Source: Verrucomicrobiia bacterium (GTDB taxonomy: Bacteria; Verrucomicrobiota; Verrucomicrobiia; Limisphaerales; UBA1319). Taken from it: 64,000 nt of DNA. The position numbers and the translations under genes are program-made. The notes under the pieces are model-generated. The model saw only the letters and a program-made list of their open reading frames with translations. It did not search any database and was not told where the DNA came from. Positions within the stretch are counted from its first letter, which is position 1. Each line of letters begins with the position of its first letter. The stretch is from positions 3,008,001 through 3,072,000 of the forward strand of contig OY760937.1 in the NCBI GenBank assembly GCA_963664225.1. The letters are read 5' to 3'. Below, piece after piece: positions 46,746 through 58,397 of this stretch.

Positions 46746-49700
46746 ATGATCGGATTATTTCCAAAATTAACCTTTTTTTTGGCGTGCTGCATCTGTTTCC
46801 AGGGGAACACAATGCGGGCTGTGGCGGAATCCGCCACCAATGCCACCGCCTTGGTTTCCTCGGTCGCAGAACTGCAGGATCTGCCTGCGGACGAGGCTCT
46901 CAATGACATTCCAGTCAGGATTAGCGCCACCGTGCTTTACCACGATGTCGGCTGGCGAAACCTGTTTTTGCAGGACGGCGGCCGGAGATTGTATTTGTCG
47001 GCTATTGATAATCAAACCCAGTTTGAATCCGGAGATCTGGTTGAAGTTTCTGGCTCCACCGACATTGAAAGCGGTCGGATTCAGGTTTACAAGCCTCAGC
47101 TTCGTTTTCTGAGTCATGGCCCGGTGCCCAAGCCACTAAAGTCCACGATTCGAGACCTGCGTCAGAATTGGGGGGCGTGGGTCGAGTTGGAGGGTACAGT
47201 CAAGTACGTTGGAGTGAATAAAGGCCGGTTGCTATTGAATCTGGAGCAGGCAGGCGAACGATTTCAAGTGACCTGCCTGAACCCGAATGCCGGAGACAAT
47301 TACTACTGGCTGGTGGACGCGCATCTGCGTCTGAGGGGAGTCAATGGAACTGATTTCAACATCAACCCCGTCCTAAACCACTTGTTCACGCCGGGCTTCA
47401 CCAACATCACCATTCTGGCGGCTGGCAGCACCAACTTCATGCGGCTGCCAACGGTGACGGTCAAATCCCTGTTGGCCATGGGAGCAAACCGCACCGCCAA
47501 CTCAAGGGTTCATTTGCAGGGAGTGGCTGCGGATATCCGACAGAGTGGCGCGATCAGCCTGACCGATTCGACGGGAACGATACTGGTCAAAATCCCCAAC
47601 AACATGGTCCCGGATACGCAGGAAGCCATCAATGTCTGGGGTTATCCGGTTTTCAGCCAGGGCCAAATATTGATTGAGGATGGCATAATACAGTTGGTAA
47701 GCATCAAAACTCCCTATCCGAGAAACGCAACGCAACCCAGCCAGGAGGACGCCAGGAATCCAACCCCCACGCTCATTACAAAGGTCAAGGAGCTGAGGGC
47801 TTTGGCCGCTGATGTGGCTGTTAAAAAGATTCCGATACGGTTTCGCGGGGTGCTCACTTATTATGATTCGGACTGGAAAAATGTTTTTTTCCATGACGGC
47901 GAAGAAGGGATTTATCTCTTTTTAAAAGAGTATCCCACGAACCTGTTTTGCAGCCAACAAGTGGAAGTGACCGGAGTCACCGATCCCGGCATGTACGCTC
48001 CCACTGTCGCAGAGGGGGTTTTAAGACTTTTCGGCGCGGCCAAAAAACTGCCCGAGCCGACCAGGGCCACATTGAGTGAACTGCGGACCGGAGCCTTCGA
48101 TTCGCAGTGGGTCGAGACTGAAGGGGTGGTGTCCGATGTGGATTCCAAACCCCGGCATCTTCAATTGGAAGTCCGCGCCCAATCAGGCCGGTTCAAAGCA
48201 ATCATCCCAAACTACGATGACGAGACGCCGACCAATCTGATCGGCGCGCGCGTCTTGTTGCGAGGGGCGTGTGGCGCGGACATGGGTTGGGACAGAACCA
48301 AACTGGTGGGTATCAACCTGAACATGGCCACTCTAAGCGCTCCGTTTTTCGAGATATTGAAACCATCGCCCAGGGACCTTTTTGAGGCCAAAGCCGTCGA
48401 GATTCAGAGTCTTTTTCTCTATAATCCAGCCCTCAGTTCAGGGCAGATGGTCAAGATATCGGGGCGGGTGACGCTGATTGAGAGCGGCCTCGATTTATAT
48501 CTTCAGGATGCCACCGGCGGTTTGCACGTTCAACTGCTGCGACCGGAGGTTGTGCGTTTGGGGGACGTGATCGAGGTGATTGGATTTCCAACCTCTAACA
48601 ATGGAGCGATCTCCATCACCGATGGCCGCCTGCGGATTCTGGAATCGGGCCGCCCGGTGACGCCCGTGGAAGTTGAGAATATCGAAAAGATTCTTTACAC
48701 CCAGGTCTATGACAATCAACTCATTCGTTTGAAGGCGTATCTGCTCGAACCGGTTCTTCCGCAGGATCGTCCCCAACTGAAGCTGGAGACCGGGGCCTCG
48801 ATGTTCATCGCCACGCTCGAGCAAAGCGGACCCAACAAACCCATGCCCGCGTTGCAACCAGGCAGCCTGCTGGAGCTGACGGGAATTTGCATTTTGCAGG
48901 TCGGCGAAGAAAGGCGTCCCAACAATTTCCGATTGTTGCTCCGCAATACGGATGACATCCGGCTGGTGCAGGGCCCGAACTGGTGGACACCGCAACGCAC
49001 TTTTCGGGGGTTGCTCATTCTCGTGGCGTTTGCCGGGGCGGCGATGGGGTGGGTCTGGCTTTTGCAGCGGAGCGTGCGGGAGAAGACGGCCCAAATTAAG
49101 GAACAAATTAAACAGGAGGAGGTTCTTGAATCCCGCTACCGGGAATTGTTCGAGAATGCGAACGATCTGTTTCTGACAATGGATTTGCAGGGGCGCTGCA
49201 CTTCGCTCAACCGCGCCGCCGAGCGATTTTTCGGCTATACGCGCCAGGAGGCCCAGGGGATGAGCTTCACCGATGTGGTGGTGCCCGGGCAAGTGGAGAT
49301 GGTGCGAGGAAGGCTCCAGACCCTTTTGAATGGGCGCACGCCGGAAACCATCGAGTTGAAGGTCATTCAGAAGAGCAAGAAAATCGCGATCATCGAGATC
49401 AACGCCCGGGTATTCCACAAGAATGGCCAGCCCGCAGGGTTGCAGGCGATCGGGCGCGATGTCACCGAACGCACACAATTCGCGCAGGCACTGGAGCACG
49501 AGCGCAATTTGCTGCGCATTCTGATCGATCACATGCCCGATTCGGTGTTCGTCAAGGATTCCCAGGAACGCTTTCTGATCACCAACAAGGCGTATGGCCG
49601 CATGAGAGGCAACGAGGTTGCCGATGCCTATATTGGGAAGACTGTTTTCGACCTTTTTCCCGCCGAGATGGCCGACCGGTTCCATCAAGACGACCTTTTG

Positions 49701-51401
49701 ATTTTGAAGCAGGAGAAATCGTTTTTTAATCACGAGGAGAAGACCATCGACGCCCAAGGGGCCGCCCGCTGGCTGGTGACCACCAAAGTGCCGCTCAAGG
49801 ACAGCCAGAACGATGTCATCGGATTGGTGGGTATCAGCCGGGACATCACCGAGCAGAAGGAAAAAGAGAAGCGGCTGCGGCAGCTCTCCATAGCGGTCGA
49901 ACAATCCCCGGCCTCCATTGTCATCACGGATACCAAGGGAGTCATTGAATATGTGAATCCCAAATTCACCGAGCAGACCGGGTATTCGCTGGAAGCCATC
50001 CGCGGGAAAAACATGCGAATTCTCAAGCCGGACTCCTCCCAGCAATCGGTTTATCTGGAATTGTGGTCCAATGTATCCGCAGGCAGGGAGTGGAAGGGGG
50101 AACTGCAAAACCGCAAGGCGGATGGCCGTTTGTTCTGGGAATCCGCGCATATCTCTCCGATCAAGAATGCGACTGGCGAAGCGACTCACTTCCTGGGCAT
50201 CTATGAGGATATCACGGAGCGACGCAGTCTCGAGGCGCAGTTGCGGCAGTCGCAAAAGATGGAATCCGTGGGTCAATTGGCGGCGGGCGTGGCGCATGAT
50301 TTCAACAACATCCTCACGGTGATTCAAGGGCACGCGGAAATGTTGCACGCGGAGCCGTCCATCACTTCTGAAAACCGGGAGGCGCTGGACCAGATCACCT
50401 CATCGGCAAAACGCGCCGCCAATCTCACCCGCCAATTACTGCTTTTCAGCCGCAAACAAGCCATGCAGCCCCAAGCCCTGGATTTAAGCCATTTGATTGG
50501 CGACCTGGGTAAAATGCTCCAGCGAATTCTGGGCGAGCAAATCGAGATGCATACCACTTACCAGAGCGATGGTATCATCATACAAGCCGACCCTGGAATG
50601 GTCGAGCAGGTCATCGTCAATCTCTGCGTCAATGCGCGCGATGCCATGCCCGACGGCGGCCTGTTGCGTCTGGAAACCAATCTGGTTGAGTTTGCCGAAA
50701 ACACTCCGCTGCCTCACGCCGAGGCCAGAACCGGCCGGTTCCTCTGCCTGTCCGTGGCTGATTCGGGTTGTGGAATGGATGAGCCAACCCTGTCCAGGAT
50801 TTTCGAGCCGTTTTTCACCACCAAGCCCAAAGGCAAGGGAACAGGCCTCGGATTGGCCACCGTTTACGGCATCGTCAAACAGCATCAAGGCTGGGTTGAC
50901 GTCAGTAGCGCGCCTGGCAAGGGCACCACTTTTCGCATTTACTTTCCGGCCGCCGAAAAAGAGGTCAAAGCCAGTCGCGACAACCCGGCGTCCGAGACGG
51001 CCCGTGGTGGCTCCGAATGCATCCTCGTTGTTGAGGACGAGGATTCTTTGCGACTGATGGTAAGGATGGTCCTCAAACGGCAGGGCTACCGGGTGATCTG
51101 CGCCTCCTCGGGGCTGGAGGCTTTAACCTTGTGGAAAGACTGCGCCAGCGATGTGGATATCCTGCTCACGGACATGGTCATGCCGCACGGCATCACGGGA
51201 CGCCAACTGGCCGACCGGCTCCTGGCGGAGAAACCTTTCCTGAAGGTCATTTACTCCAGCGGCTACAGCGTGGATCTGGCCTCCTCCGGACATATGTTCC
51301 AGAATGGCTTTAATTTCCTGCCCAAACCATACCGCCCAGAAGATTTGGTTAAAATTGTCCGGAATTGCCTGGATCACAATCAGGAAAAAGCGAACGCGTA
51401 A
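46746..51401 (+). CDS. Giant hybrid sensor kinase (repeated extracytoplasmic modules, three PAS, HisKA, HATPase, receiver)
   Basis: [52 protein letters not shown] after NWWT; start uncertain. Confidence 0.93.
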   Translation: MIGLFPKLTFFLACCICFQGNTMRAVAESATNATALVSSVAELQDLPADEALNDIPVRISATVLYHDVGWRNLFLQDGGRRLYLSAIDNQTQFESGDLVEVSGSTDIESGRIQVYKPQLRFLSHGPVPKPLKSTIRDLRQNWGAWVELEGTVKYVGVNKGRLLLNLEQAGERFQVTCLNPNAGDNYYWLVDAHLRLRGVNGTDFNINPVLNHLFTPGFTNITILAAGSTNFMRLPTVTVKSLLAMGANRTANSRVHLQGVAADIRQSGAISLTDSTGTILVKIPNNMVPDTQEAINVWGYPVFSQGQILIEDGIIQLVSIKTPYPRNATQPSQEDARNPTPTLITKVKELRALAADVAVKKIPIRFRGVLTYYDSDWKNVFFHDGEEGIYLFLKEYPTNLFCSQQVEVTGVTDPGMYAPTVAEGVLRLFGAAKKLPEPTRATLSELRTGAFDSQWVETEGVVSDVDSKPRHLQLEVRAQSGRFKAIIPNYDDETPTNLIGARVLLRGACGADMGWDRTKLVGINLNMATLSAPFFEILKPSPRDLFEAKAVEIQSLFLYNPALSSGQMVKISGRVTLIESGLDLYLQDATGGLHVQLLRPEVVRLGDVIEVIGFPTSNNGAISITDGRLRILESGRPVTPVEVENIEKILYTQVYDNQLIRLKAYLLEPVLPQDRPQLKLETGASMFIATLEQSGPNKPMPALQPGSLLELTGICILQVGEERRPNNFRLLLRNTDDIRLVQGPNWWTPQRTFRGLLILVAFAGAAMGWVWLLQRSVREKTAQIKEQIKQEEVLESRYRELFENANDLFLTMDLQGRCTSLNRAAERFFGYTRQEAQGMSFTDVVVPGQVEMVRGRLQTLLNGRTPETIELKVIQKSKKIAIIEINARVFHKNGQPAGLQAIGRDVTERTQFAQALEHERNLLRILIDHMPDSVFVKDSQERFLITNKAYGRMRGNEVADAYIGKTVFDLFPAEMADRFHQDDLLILKQEKSFFNHEEKTIDAQGAARWLVTTKVPLKDSQNDVIGLVGISRDITEQKEKEKRLRQLSIAVEQSPASIVITDTKGVIEYVNPKFTEQTGYSLEAIRGKNMRILKPDSSQQSVYLELWSNVSAGREWKGELQNRKADGRLFWESAHISPIKNATGEATHFLGIYEDITERRSLEAQLRQSQKMESVGQLAAGVAHDFNNILTVIQGHAEMLHAEPSITSENREALDQITSSAKRAANLTRQLLLFSRKQAMQPQALDLSHLIGDLGKMLQRILGEQIEMHTTYQSDGIIIQADPGMVEQVIVNLCVNARDAMPDGGLLRLETNLVEFAENTPLPHAEARTGRFLCLSVADSGCGMDEPTLSRIFEPFFTTKPKGKGTGLGLATVYGIVKQHQGWVDVSSAPGKGTTFRIYFPAAEKEVKASRDNPASETARGGSECILVVEDEDSLRLMVRMVLKRQGYRVICASSGLEALTLWKDCASDVDILLTDMVMPHGITGRQLADRLLAEKPFLKVIYSSGYSVDLASSGHMFQNGFNFLPKPYRPEDLVKIVRNCLDHNQEKANA

Positions 51402-51445
51402 CGCCCGCACTATGGACGCAAAGACGTAAGCGCCAGAACCCTTTT

Positions 51446-52858
51446 TCAGGCCCTCTCCACGATCGCCTCCGCGGCGCTGTGGTCCACCACGCGCACCGCA
51501 ACTCCCGCCTCGATCATTTCCCCCTGAGTGATCACGTCGATGATTTCCTCACCGAACCGGGCCTTGCCTCCCGGCCGCAATGCAGAGACGGCGACGCCCA
51601 CCTGTCCCATGCGCGATTTTTGGATGCGTTCCGCGGCCTCCACGGACGTCACACCGCTTGCTGAATGGGAAACCAGTTCTCCATAAATCGCGGTTTTGGG
51701 CAAAAACCGGCTCAAGATAAAACCCACCGCCAGACTACCGAAAATCGCAATGGCCATTCCCTGCAAAGGCATTCTTAACTGCGGCAGGCTGGGAATGACT
51801 GGCATGCCTGGATACACATCCACCATCGCCATCATTAGCCCCAAAAACATCAGGGCCGCCCCACTTGCTCCCAAAATGACGGTTCCCGGAAACACGAATA
51901 TTTCGAGGATCACCAGCACCATTCCCAGAAAGAATATGGCGGCCCATTCGAGACCCGAAAGCCCGCCCACGTAACCGCCGAGGAAATAGATCGCGAAGGC
52001 CAGCACGCCGACAATGCCCGGGATGCCGAAGCCGGGGGTTTTGAATTCGATATACACGCCGATGATGCCAATGATCAGGAGAATCGGGCTGATGGCATTG
52101 ATCCATGTGGCCAATTTCTCCGCGCCTGTGGGCTGGATGTCCACGCGCCGCGCTCCGGCGTAGCCCAAATCCTTGAGAACATCCTCAATCGAATCGCGGG
52201 TGCCCAGCGATAGCAGCGGTTTGGGCGGCGTGCCAAATTCCTTCTCCGCCTCGACATTGGTCAGCGTGAGAATCTCCCCTTTTTCATTAATCACCTGGCC
52301 ATCGATGATCAGGTTTTTGTTCTTGTCAATCATGGCATCGACCACGGCCTTATTATGGCCGTTTTTTTCGGCGCAGGTGCGCACCAACGCGCTGATTCCA
52401 GAGGTGATCTTTGCCTCATAGGTGTCCGTGGTTTTTTCGATTCCCGTGCCACCGGGCGAAAGCATGATTGGTGCGGCGGCCCCAATGACGCTCTGGGGGG
52501 ACATGTAGATTTTCTGCGTGGCCACGGATATGAAGGCTCCGGCGGAAAAGGCCTTGCGATTCACGAAGGTGGCGGTCTGGCCCTTGAATTGGCCCAGAAT
52601 CTGAATGATCTCCTCGGTCACATCCACCCGTCCCCCGTTGGTGTCCATGTCCAGCACCAGCAGATCGGCGTTGGCTTCCATGGCTTCTTTGACGCCGCGT
52701 CGCACCAGATAGACCAGGGGCGGCATGATATCCTCGCGGATTGGAATGACATACACCAGTGAAGCCTTCTCGGGATTCAAGACCGTCCTGGCGACCGCAC
52801 CCTGCGGAGCCGCAACCCAGGAAAACAACAGAAAGAGAAAAGCAAGCCACTGTTTCAT
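51446..52858 (-). CDS. nfeD: NfeD-family membrane protein with ClpP-like protease domain
   Basis: DMDTNGGRVD, AFSAGA, IGAAAP, EFKTPGFG, LEIFVFPG, C-terminal LRPGGKARF..DVITQG OB domain. Confidence 0.9.
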   Translation of the reverse strand: MKQWLAFLFLLFSWVAAPQGAVARTVLNPEKASLVYVIPIREDIMPPLVYLVRRGVKEAMEANADLLVLDMDTNGGRVDVTEEIIQILGQFKGQTATFVNRKAFSAGAFISVATQKIYMSPQSVIGAAAPIMLSPGGTGIEKTTDTYEAKITSGISALVRTCAEKNGHNKAVVDAMIDKNKNLIIDGQVINEKGEILTLTNVEAEKEFGTPPKPLLSLGTRDSIEDVLKDLGYAGARRVDIQPTGAEKLATWINAISPILLIIGIIGVYIEFKTPGFGIPGIVGVLAFAIYFLGGYVGGLSGLEWAAIFFLGMVLVILEIFVFPGTVILGASGAALMFLGLMMAMVDVYPGMPVIPSLPQLRMPLQGMAIAIFGSLAVGFILSRFLPKTAIYGELVSHSASGVTSVEAAERIQKSRMGQVGVAVSALRPGGKARFGEEIIDVITQGEMIEAGVAVRVVDHSAAEAIVERA

Positions 52859-53025
52859 ACAGCCAGCCTAATATCCATCACGCCAGAATGCAATGGGATC
52901 CATGGGAGTGGGCGCAAGACAAAGCTCCTCAACGAGCGGGGAAAAGCCCCTTCCGTGTGGTGATTGAATGAATGGATTATTTCGCTTGCGGATGATATTT
53001 GCATGCCCCACTTGCTGGTGGTCAA

Positions 53026-55005
53026 TCAACGGGTCTTGATCAGGCGATAGAATCGGTTCTGTCCGGTGGCATCATTGGTGATGGTGTTCCACCAATCAAC
53101 CCGAGCAGGCGCATTGCTTTGTGTGAACCAGCCATTGGGATCCTTCAGGTTGGTCGTGCTTTGAAGGTTGTATCCCAGGAGGAAACTGCGCCAGGAGATC
53201 ACATGGCTGGTCTTGAGCTCGGTGATGGCCAGCAGCGGCGCGGGGCGCACGACTTCCAGCGCGACCAGTTCGATGCCTGGGCTGTTGGTGTCGAGATTGC
53301 GGCTGTATTGTTTGGTGACCGGGCTGTTCCAATGTTCATGAACTCCCAGGCTGGGCAGACGTGTGCCGGTTTTGGCCGGGTCATAGAAGGTGCCGGACGG
53401 CGGATCATCGGCCAGGGCGGCTTCGTGCAGGTAATCCTCCGCGCCGCCGGCCATGTCCGCTTGATTCACAAGGTTGGGCCATTCATTCAAGAGAAAGTCA
53501 TAGCAGACGGAATCAATGGCCACGGGATCCTGCGAAGCAAAAAGGCTGGATGGCCAATTTCCATTGAACGGGGCGGTGTTCCACTTATACGGATGGGAAC
53601 TCCAATTCTGCCCGGCATACAATCCATCCACGAGGTAGAGCATCACCTTGCCACCCAGATGCGGGTGGCCCATTAAATCCACATGGGCACGGTAATGTCC
53701 CAGGCCCGGCTGACCCGTCGCCCACGGCAGACTTTTGTGCATGTCTGAGTAATTCACAATCCCGGGTTGGTTTCGCCCGAAGGCGTCGCGGAAATACCCG
53801 TCGGGGCAACGGAGCAGCGCGCCATAGTAATTCTTGGCGCAGGCGGTGATCCCACCGCCGCTGTGCGATTTGATCACAGGCAGATTGATGATGTAATCCG
53901 CAATGGCAAACGGTACAGGCACGTAATCCTGCAGCACTGGTCCTGATAGCGGCGAGTTGGTGACGCTCCAATTGAATGGGATCGTCGAGAACTCGGTTCG
54001 CATCCTCCCCGAGCCGCCGTAATTATCGAAATAGTTCACATCCGGGAATTCCGGGTGCAGTTGGTCCCAGAGGTATTTCGGAAATAATCCCGTGGGATCG
54101 CCGATGTAGAGATTGGTCTGATCGACGCGCACGGTGTAAACCAGTTGCCGCAGCAGGGTGAGAATCAACTGAGGGGCGACATCGACCGAATTCAGCCAGT
54201 GCCCGTCGTAGGAGTTCTTCTTTTCGTAGTTGCCGTAAATATCCACGGTATCGGTGCCTGATCGGGCGTTGCACGTCGTCAGGTTTATCTTGATGGCGAT
54301 CTTCTCTCCCGGCTGGTAACCGACCACACCCTTCCCATGTTTGGCGTTAAAGTAGGTGAAAATGGATTTCCAGGCTTCCGCATCCGAGTTGGTTCCTCCG
54401 AGGGACTGAATGGCCCTGGATAGCATGGTTTCGACTGTGGTCAGGTCGGTGTGGTTTGTTTCATACCAGTGTTCGGGGGAACTGTATCCCTCCCAGGATT
54501 CGCCATCGGGACTTACCGTTCCGGAGAATGTGCTGTCAGGAGCGTGAACCCAGACCACGCGACCGGGAAAAACACCTTTCCCGACGCCGATGGGGCCATG
54601 GGCCGGATTGCTGGCGAGTGATCGCGCGATCGGCAGGCTGGTGACCACCAGCACGGCGGCGGCCAGTGCAGCCGATCCCCATAAACACGTTTTCCAGAAT
54701 TGAAGATCGCGGGTTCGACTTCTGCGCCAGGCAGCGGCGGCCCCGAGCAATGCCAGCACCCAAACCACAAAGCTGCTGGCCAGCGGAAAGGCCACCCGCT
54801 GGCATGGATACGCAGCCCGGCTGGGCTTGGGAAGGACCCGGATGAGAAACCAGATCAGGGAAAAGAACCCCATGCCCGTAAAAACCCAGGCCAGCCAATT
54901 GTGCCTGGGGGCAGGGCCGATCACGCGCCCCGTCACAGGGCATGTCTGCGGTTTATCAGTGGTGCGTCTGGAAAATAGACCGGTCAAGAGCTTGGGCATA
55001 CTCAT
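53026..55005 (-). CDS. DUF362-domain protein with C-terminal beta-rich tail
   Basis: PKPSRAAYPCQR, PGRVVWVH, GEKIAIKIN, IINLPVIKSH..GITACAKN.YG, SQDPVAIDSV, GVHEHWN. Confidence 0.8.
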   Translation of the reverse strand: MSMPKLLTGLFSRRTTDKPQTCPVTGRVIGPAPRHNWLAWVFTGMGFFSLIWFLIRVLPKPSRAAYPCQRVAFPLASSFVVWVLALLGAAAAWRRSRTRDLQFWKTCLWGSAALAAAVLVVTSLPIARSLASNPAHGPIGVGKGVFPGRVVWVHAPDSTFSGTVSPDGESWEGYSSPEHWYETNHTDLTTVETMLSRAIQSLGGTNSDAEAWKSIFTYFNAKHGKGVVGYQPGEKIAIKINLTTCNARSGTDTVDIYGNYEKKNSYDGHWLNSVDVAPQLILTLLRQLVYTVRVDQTNLYIGDPTGLFPKYLWDQLHPEFPDVNYFDNYGGSGRMRTEFSTIPFNWSVTNSPLSGPVLQDYVPVPFAIADYIINLPVIKSHSGGGITACAKNYYGALLRCPDGYFRDAFGRNQPGIVNYSDMHKSLPWATGQPGLGHYRAHVDLMGHPHLGGKVMLYLVDGLYAGQNWSSHPYKWNTAPFNGNWPSSLFASQDPVAIDSVCYDFLLNEWPNLVNQADMAGGAEDYLHEAALADDPPSGTFYDPAKTGTRLPSLGVHEHWNSPVTKQYSRNLDTNSPGIELVALEVVRPAPLLAITELKTSHVISWRSFLLGYNLQSTTNLKDPNGWFTQSNAPARVDWWNTITNDATGQNRFYRLIKTR

Positions 55006-55100
55006 CGCAACAACCTTTGGATTGAATCAAATCAAATGTGCGCTGCTGTGGGATGGAGTCAAGGGTGGCATTGATGGTCAGAATTTGTAGGGAAGCCTCC

Positions 55101-55206
55101 ATCGACGATATTCAGTTTTCCACGCAGGCCGTGCCAGAGCAAGGCACGATCGCCCTGTTTGCATTGGGCGCGATTGCGATGATGGGGCAATTCGCGCGGC
55201 GCAAGG
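55101..55206 (+). pseudogene. Orphan PEP-CTERM-type C-terminal sorting tail
   Basis: IDDIQFSTQAVPEQGTIALFALGAIAMMGQFARRK = VPE(P>Q), TM helix, basic tail; no signal peptide or gene body upstream. Confidence 0.6.
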
Positions 55207-55294
55207 GTTTATGCAAGCAGTTCTGGCATAACTCCGGGTTTGGCCGGAAAAAACTTTGTCGGATTTTATCGCTGGTGGGTATTAAATGGGTGAG

Positions 55295-56695
55295 ATGAAT
55301 CCGAAATCGGACGCCCAACTACTCCGGGAATACGCCGGGCACGGCGCGGAGGGGGCGTTTGCGGAGATCGTTCACCGGCACACGAGCCTGGTGTATTCGG
55401 CGGCATTGCGGCAGGTGAATTCGCCCGACGTGGCCGCCGAGGTGGCGCAGACCGTGTTTGTGGACCTGGCGCGCGGGGCAGGGGCGTTGTGCCCCCGGCT
55501 GCCTGAGGACGCTTCGCTGGCTGGCTGGCTATGCCGCAGCGCCCGGAACATTTCGCTCAACCTCCGGCGTAATGAATTCCGCCGGCATTCCCGCGAAAGG
55601 CTGGCCATGGAGCAGTTCGATCCAAACCCTGAAACCAACCCGGACTGGGAACCGCTGCGCCCCGTGGTGGATGAAGCGCTGGGCGAATTGAGCGAGCCCG
55701 ATTATGACGCGCTGGTGATGCGGTTCTTCAAGAACCAGGATTTGCTCTCGGTGGGCCGCGCGCTGGGCGTGAGCGATGACGCCGCCCAAAAGCGGATATC
55801 ACGGGCGCTCGAAAAACTGCGCGACATTTTATCCCGGCGCGGCATCACGACCACGTCCGCGGCGCTTGCCGTTCTGCTGTCCGCGAACGCAGTCCAGACT
55901 GCGCCCGTCGGATTGGCGGTTGCCATTTCCAGCGCCGCCGCGTTGGCCGGAACCGCACTGGCCACCACCGCTGCCTCAGTGACCGCAACAGCCACCCAAA
56001 CCCTCGTTATGACGACTCTGCAAAAAACTCTTGTTACAATCGCCATCATTGCCGCCGGTGTGGCGACTCCGCTGGTGATTCAACACAAAGCGCAGGTCCG
56101 GTTGCGTGCGGAAAACCAATCGTTGCGGGAGCAGGTGGATCGATTGTCACAGCTCACCGCGGAGAACGAGCGCCTGTCAAATCTGGTCGCCAGGGCAACC
56201 CCGCCCGCGCCAGGCGGCGTGTCCTCCGATGTGCTCAGGCTGAGGGGCGATGTGGGGCTTTTGCGGCGGGAGAATGAAGAGTTGGGCCGGCTCCTGGCGC
56301 AGCAACAAAAGACGACGGCCGATTTCATTCCGAGCACGGCCTGGGCTGATGCTGGCACAGCCACCCCGGAAGCGGTCGCAGGCACTTTCGCGTGGGCCAT
56401 CAAGGAGGGGAACAAGGAGAAGCTCGCGGAAGTATTGACGTTCATGCAGGACCAGACGAATGCGAATACGGCTGGATTTGTCGAAGACGTCTCCAAGTTG
56501 TTTCTGCCGCTGATGTCCGAGATTGAATCCTCACGGCTTGTTTTCACGGAAAACCCCGCGCCGGATGAGGTGACGTTCTGGTATCAAAGCCGGTTCAAGG
56601 ACGGACACTCGATGGTGTCTCCGATCAGCGTCAAACAAGTCGATGGTCAGTGGAAGGTGAAATTGATTATAGGCCCCTCAGGCGTGAACAAATGA
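55295..56695 (+). CDS. ECF sigma-70 factor with long C-terminal TM/periplasmic extension
   Basis: Region 2 AFAEIVHRH..LVYSAALR..LAGWL; region 4 RFF..VGRALGVSDDAAQKRISRALEKLR; Ala/Thr-rich hydrophobic stretch, coiled coil. Confidence 0.92.
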   Translation: MNPKSDAQLLREYAGHGAEGAFAEIVHRHTSLVYSAALRQVNSPDVAAEVAQTVFVDLARGAGALCPRLPEDASLAGWLCRSARNISLNLRRNEFRRHSRERLAMEQFDPNPETNPDWEPLRPVVDEALGELSEPDYDALVMRFFKNQDLLSVGRALGVSDDAAQKRISRALEKLRDILSRRGITTTSAALAVLLSANAVQTAPVGLAVAISSAAALAGTALATTAASVTATATQTLVMTTLQKTLVTIAIIAAGVATPLVIQHKAQVRLRAENQSLREQVDRLSQLTAENERLSNLVARATPPAPGGVSSDVLRLRGDVGLLRRENEELGRLLAQQQKTTADFIPSTAWADAGTATPEAVAGTFAWAIKEGNKEKLAEVLTFMQDQTNANTAGFVEDVSKLFLPLMSEIESSRLVFTENPAPDEVTFWYQSRFKDGHSMVSPISVKQVDGQWKVKLIIGPSGVNK

Positions 56696-56725
56696 GGACG
56701 GTGCCGCGACTTCATCCTCCCCCGT

Positions 56726-58354
56726 TTACACGGCCGGTCGTTTAAGCCCCATTTTTTTCATTCTTGAGAGCAGCGTGGTGGGTTTGACTCCCAGGAGTTC
56801 GGCCGCGCCGTCAGCGCCTTTAATCCTCCATCCGCTGCGTTCGAGAACGGCGAGCAGGTTCTCACGTTCGCGGCGCTGCATTTCCGCTTCGGTGAGGAAC
56901 TCAGGTGCTGTGGTGTGGGCGGGATGCGGCTTGGTTGAAGGCGCGGAGGATGCGGAATCGGTCTTGGGCAGGTCAAAGTATAATGCGCCGCCGCGCGCCA
57001 GGATCACGGCGCGTTCGATCACGTTGCGCAATTCCCGGATGTTTCCCGGCCAGTTGTAGCTCTGAAGCCGGACCACGGCCGCGCGCGTCAACAGCGGTTT
57101 CGGGCACCGGAGTTCCTTGACTGACAACTCGACGAAATGCTTCGCCAGGAGCGGGATGTCGTCCTTGCGTTCCCGCAGGGGGGCCACCTGGATTGGAAAC
57201 ACATGGAGACGATAGTAGAGATCCTCGCGAAAACGGCCGGCCGCCACCTCTTTCTTGAGGTCCCGATTGGTGGCGCCGATGATGCGGACGTTGGCCTGGC
57301 GCGTGCGGTCCTCACCCACGCGTTCGTAGCGTTTCTCCTGGAGGACGCGCAGGAGTTTGCCCTGCATTTCCATGGGAACCTCGCCGATCTCGTCCAGCAA
57401 CAAGGTGCCGTTCTCGGCCGTCTCAAAGCGGCCCGCGCGATCCTTGATGGCGCCCGTGAAGGCACCTTTCACATGTCCAAAGAATTCGCTTTCGAACAGT
57501 TCGCGGGGAATGGAGGCGCAGTTGACCCGGACCAGTGGGCCGTCCTTGCGCAGGCTGCGCCGATGGATTTCGTGCGCCACGAGTTCCTTGCCGGTGCCGG
57601 TTTCGCCCAGGATGAGAACCGAGGCCTCGGTAGGAGCCACCAGATCGATCTGGCTGATGATCTGGCGCAAGGCGGCGCTTTGGCCCACGAGGTCGCCGAA
57701 GGCCTTGGCCTGGACCACTTCCTCCAGCAGGTAGGTGTTTTGGAGCTCCAATTGTTCCTTCAGGCGTTGGATTTCGGCAAACGCGCGCGAATTGGCGATG
57801 GCTGCGGCGACCTGGTCGGCAAAGACCCTGCCCCATGTCCCTGATTCCTCCGGAAGATCGTCGCGGGTGAAACCGATCATGACGCCCAGGGTCTCGCCTC
57901 TGAAAATGATTGGTGTTGCGCCACAGCCGCGTATTTCCTCGTGCTTCACCCACTCAAATCCGAACATGGTTTCGGACTGTTTGTCCATGTGCCTGAGGAC
58001 GAGCTGTTGGCCCGAATTCGCCACTTTACCCATGATACCCACTCCCAGCGGTAACCGGGCGGTCAAATCGTCAAAACGCGGAATATCCGTCGCGGAATCG
58101 GAGATGGACACGCCTTTGCCTGCTGCAAGATGAAGACATTGGGTTTGGTCGGGGCAATCTGGCCGACGCGGGCAATGGGAACACCGGTCGCCCTTATCAA
58201 TGAGCCAAATCTGCAGGGACGCAATGTCAGGACGCTCGACTCCCCGGCAGACAAACTTCTGCAGGAGTTGGTCGAGGGTCTGCTCATGCGCCATATCCAG
58301 GAGAATGTGGGCGACGACATTGGGATCGAACCGGTTATCGCTGGTAACTTCCAT
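56726..58354 (-). CDS. GAF-domain sigma-54 enhancer-binding protein (FhlA/HyfR-like)
   Basis: GAF with CSHCPRRPDCPDQTQC; GETGTGKE, GAFTGA, WPGNIREL, GAAELLG.KPTTL.SRM. Confidence 0.93.
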   Translation of the reverse strand: MEVTSDNRFDPNVVAHILLDMAHEQTLDQLLQKFVCRGVERPDIASLQIWLIDKGDRCSHCPRRPDCPDQTQCLHLAAGKGVSISDSATDIPRFDDLTARLPLGVGIMGKVANSGQQLVLRHMDKQSETMFGFEWVKHEEIRGCGATPIIFRGETLGVMIGFTRDDLPEESGTWGRVFADQVAAAIANSRAFAEIQRLKEQLELQNTYLLEEVVQAKAFGDLVGQSAALRQIISQIDLVAPTEASVLILGETGTGKELVAHEIHRRSLRKDGPLVRVNCASIPRELFESEFFGHVKGAFTGAIKDRAGRFETAENGTLLLDEIGEVPMEMQGKLLRVLQEKRYERVGEDRTRQANVRIIGATNRDLKKEVAAGRFREDLYYRLHVFPIQVAPLRERKDDIPLLAKHFVELSVKELRCPKPLLTRAAVVRLQSYNWPGNIRELRNVIERAVILARGGALYFDLPKTDSASSAPSTKPHPAHTTAPEFLTEAEMQRRERENLLAVLERSGWRIKGADGAAELLGVKPTTLLSRMKKMGLKRPAV

Positions 58355-58397
58355 GATGGTTACACTCTGACAGAAAGGGGGCGAATTGGCAACACGA

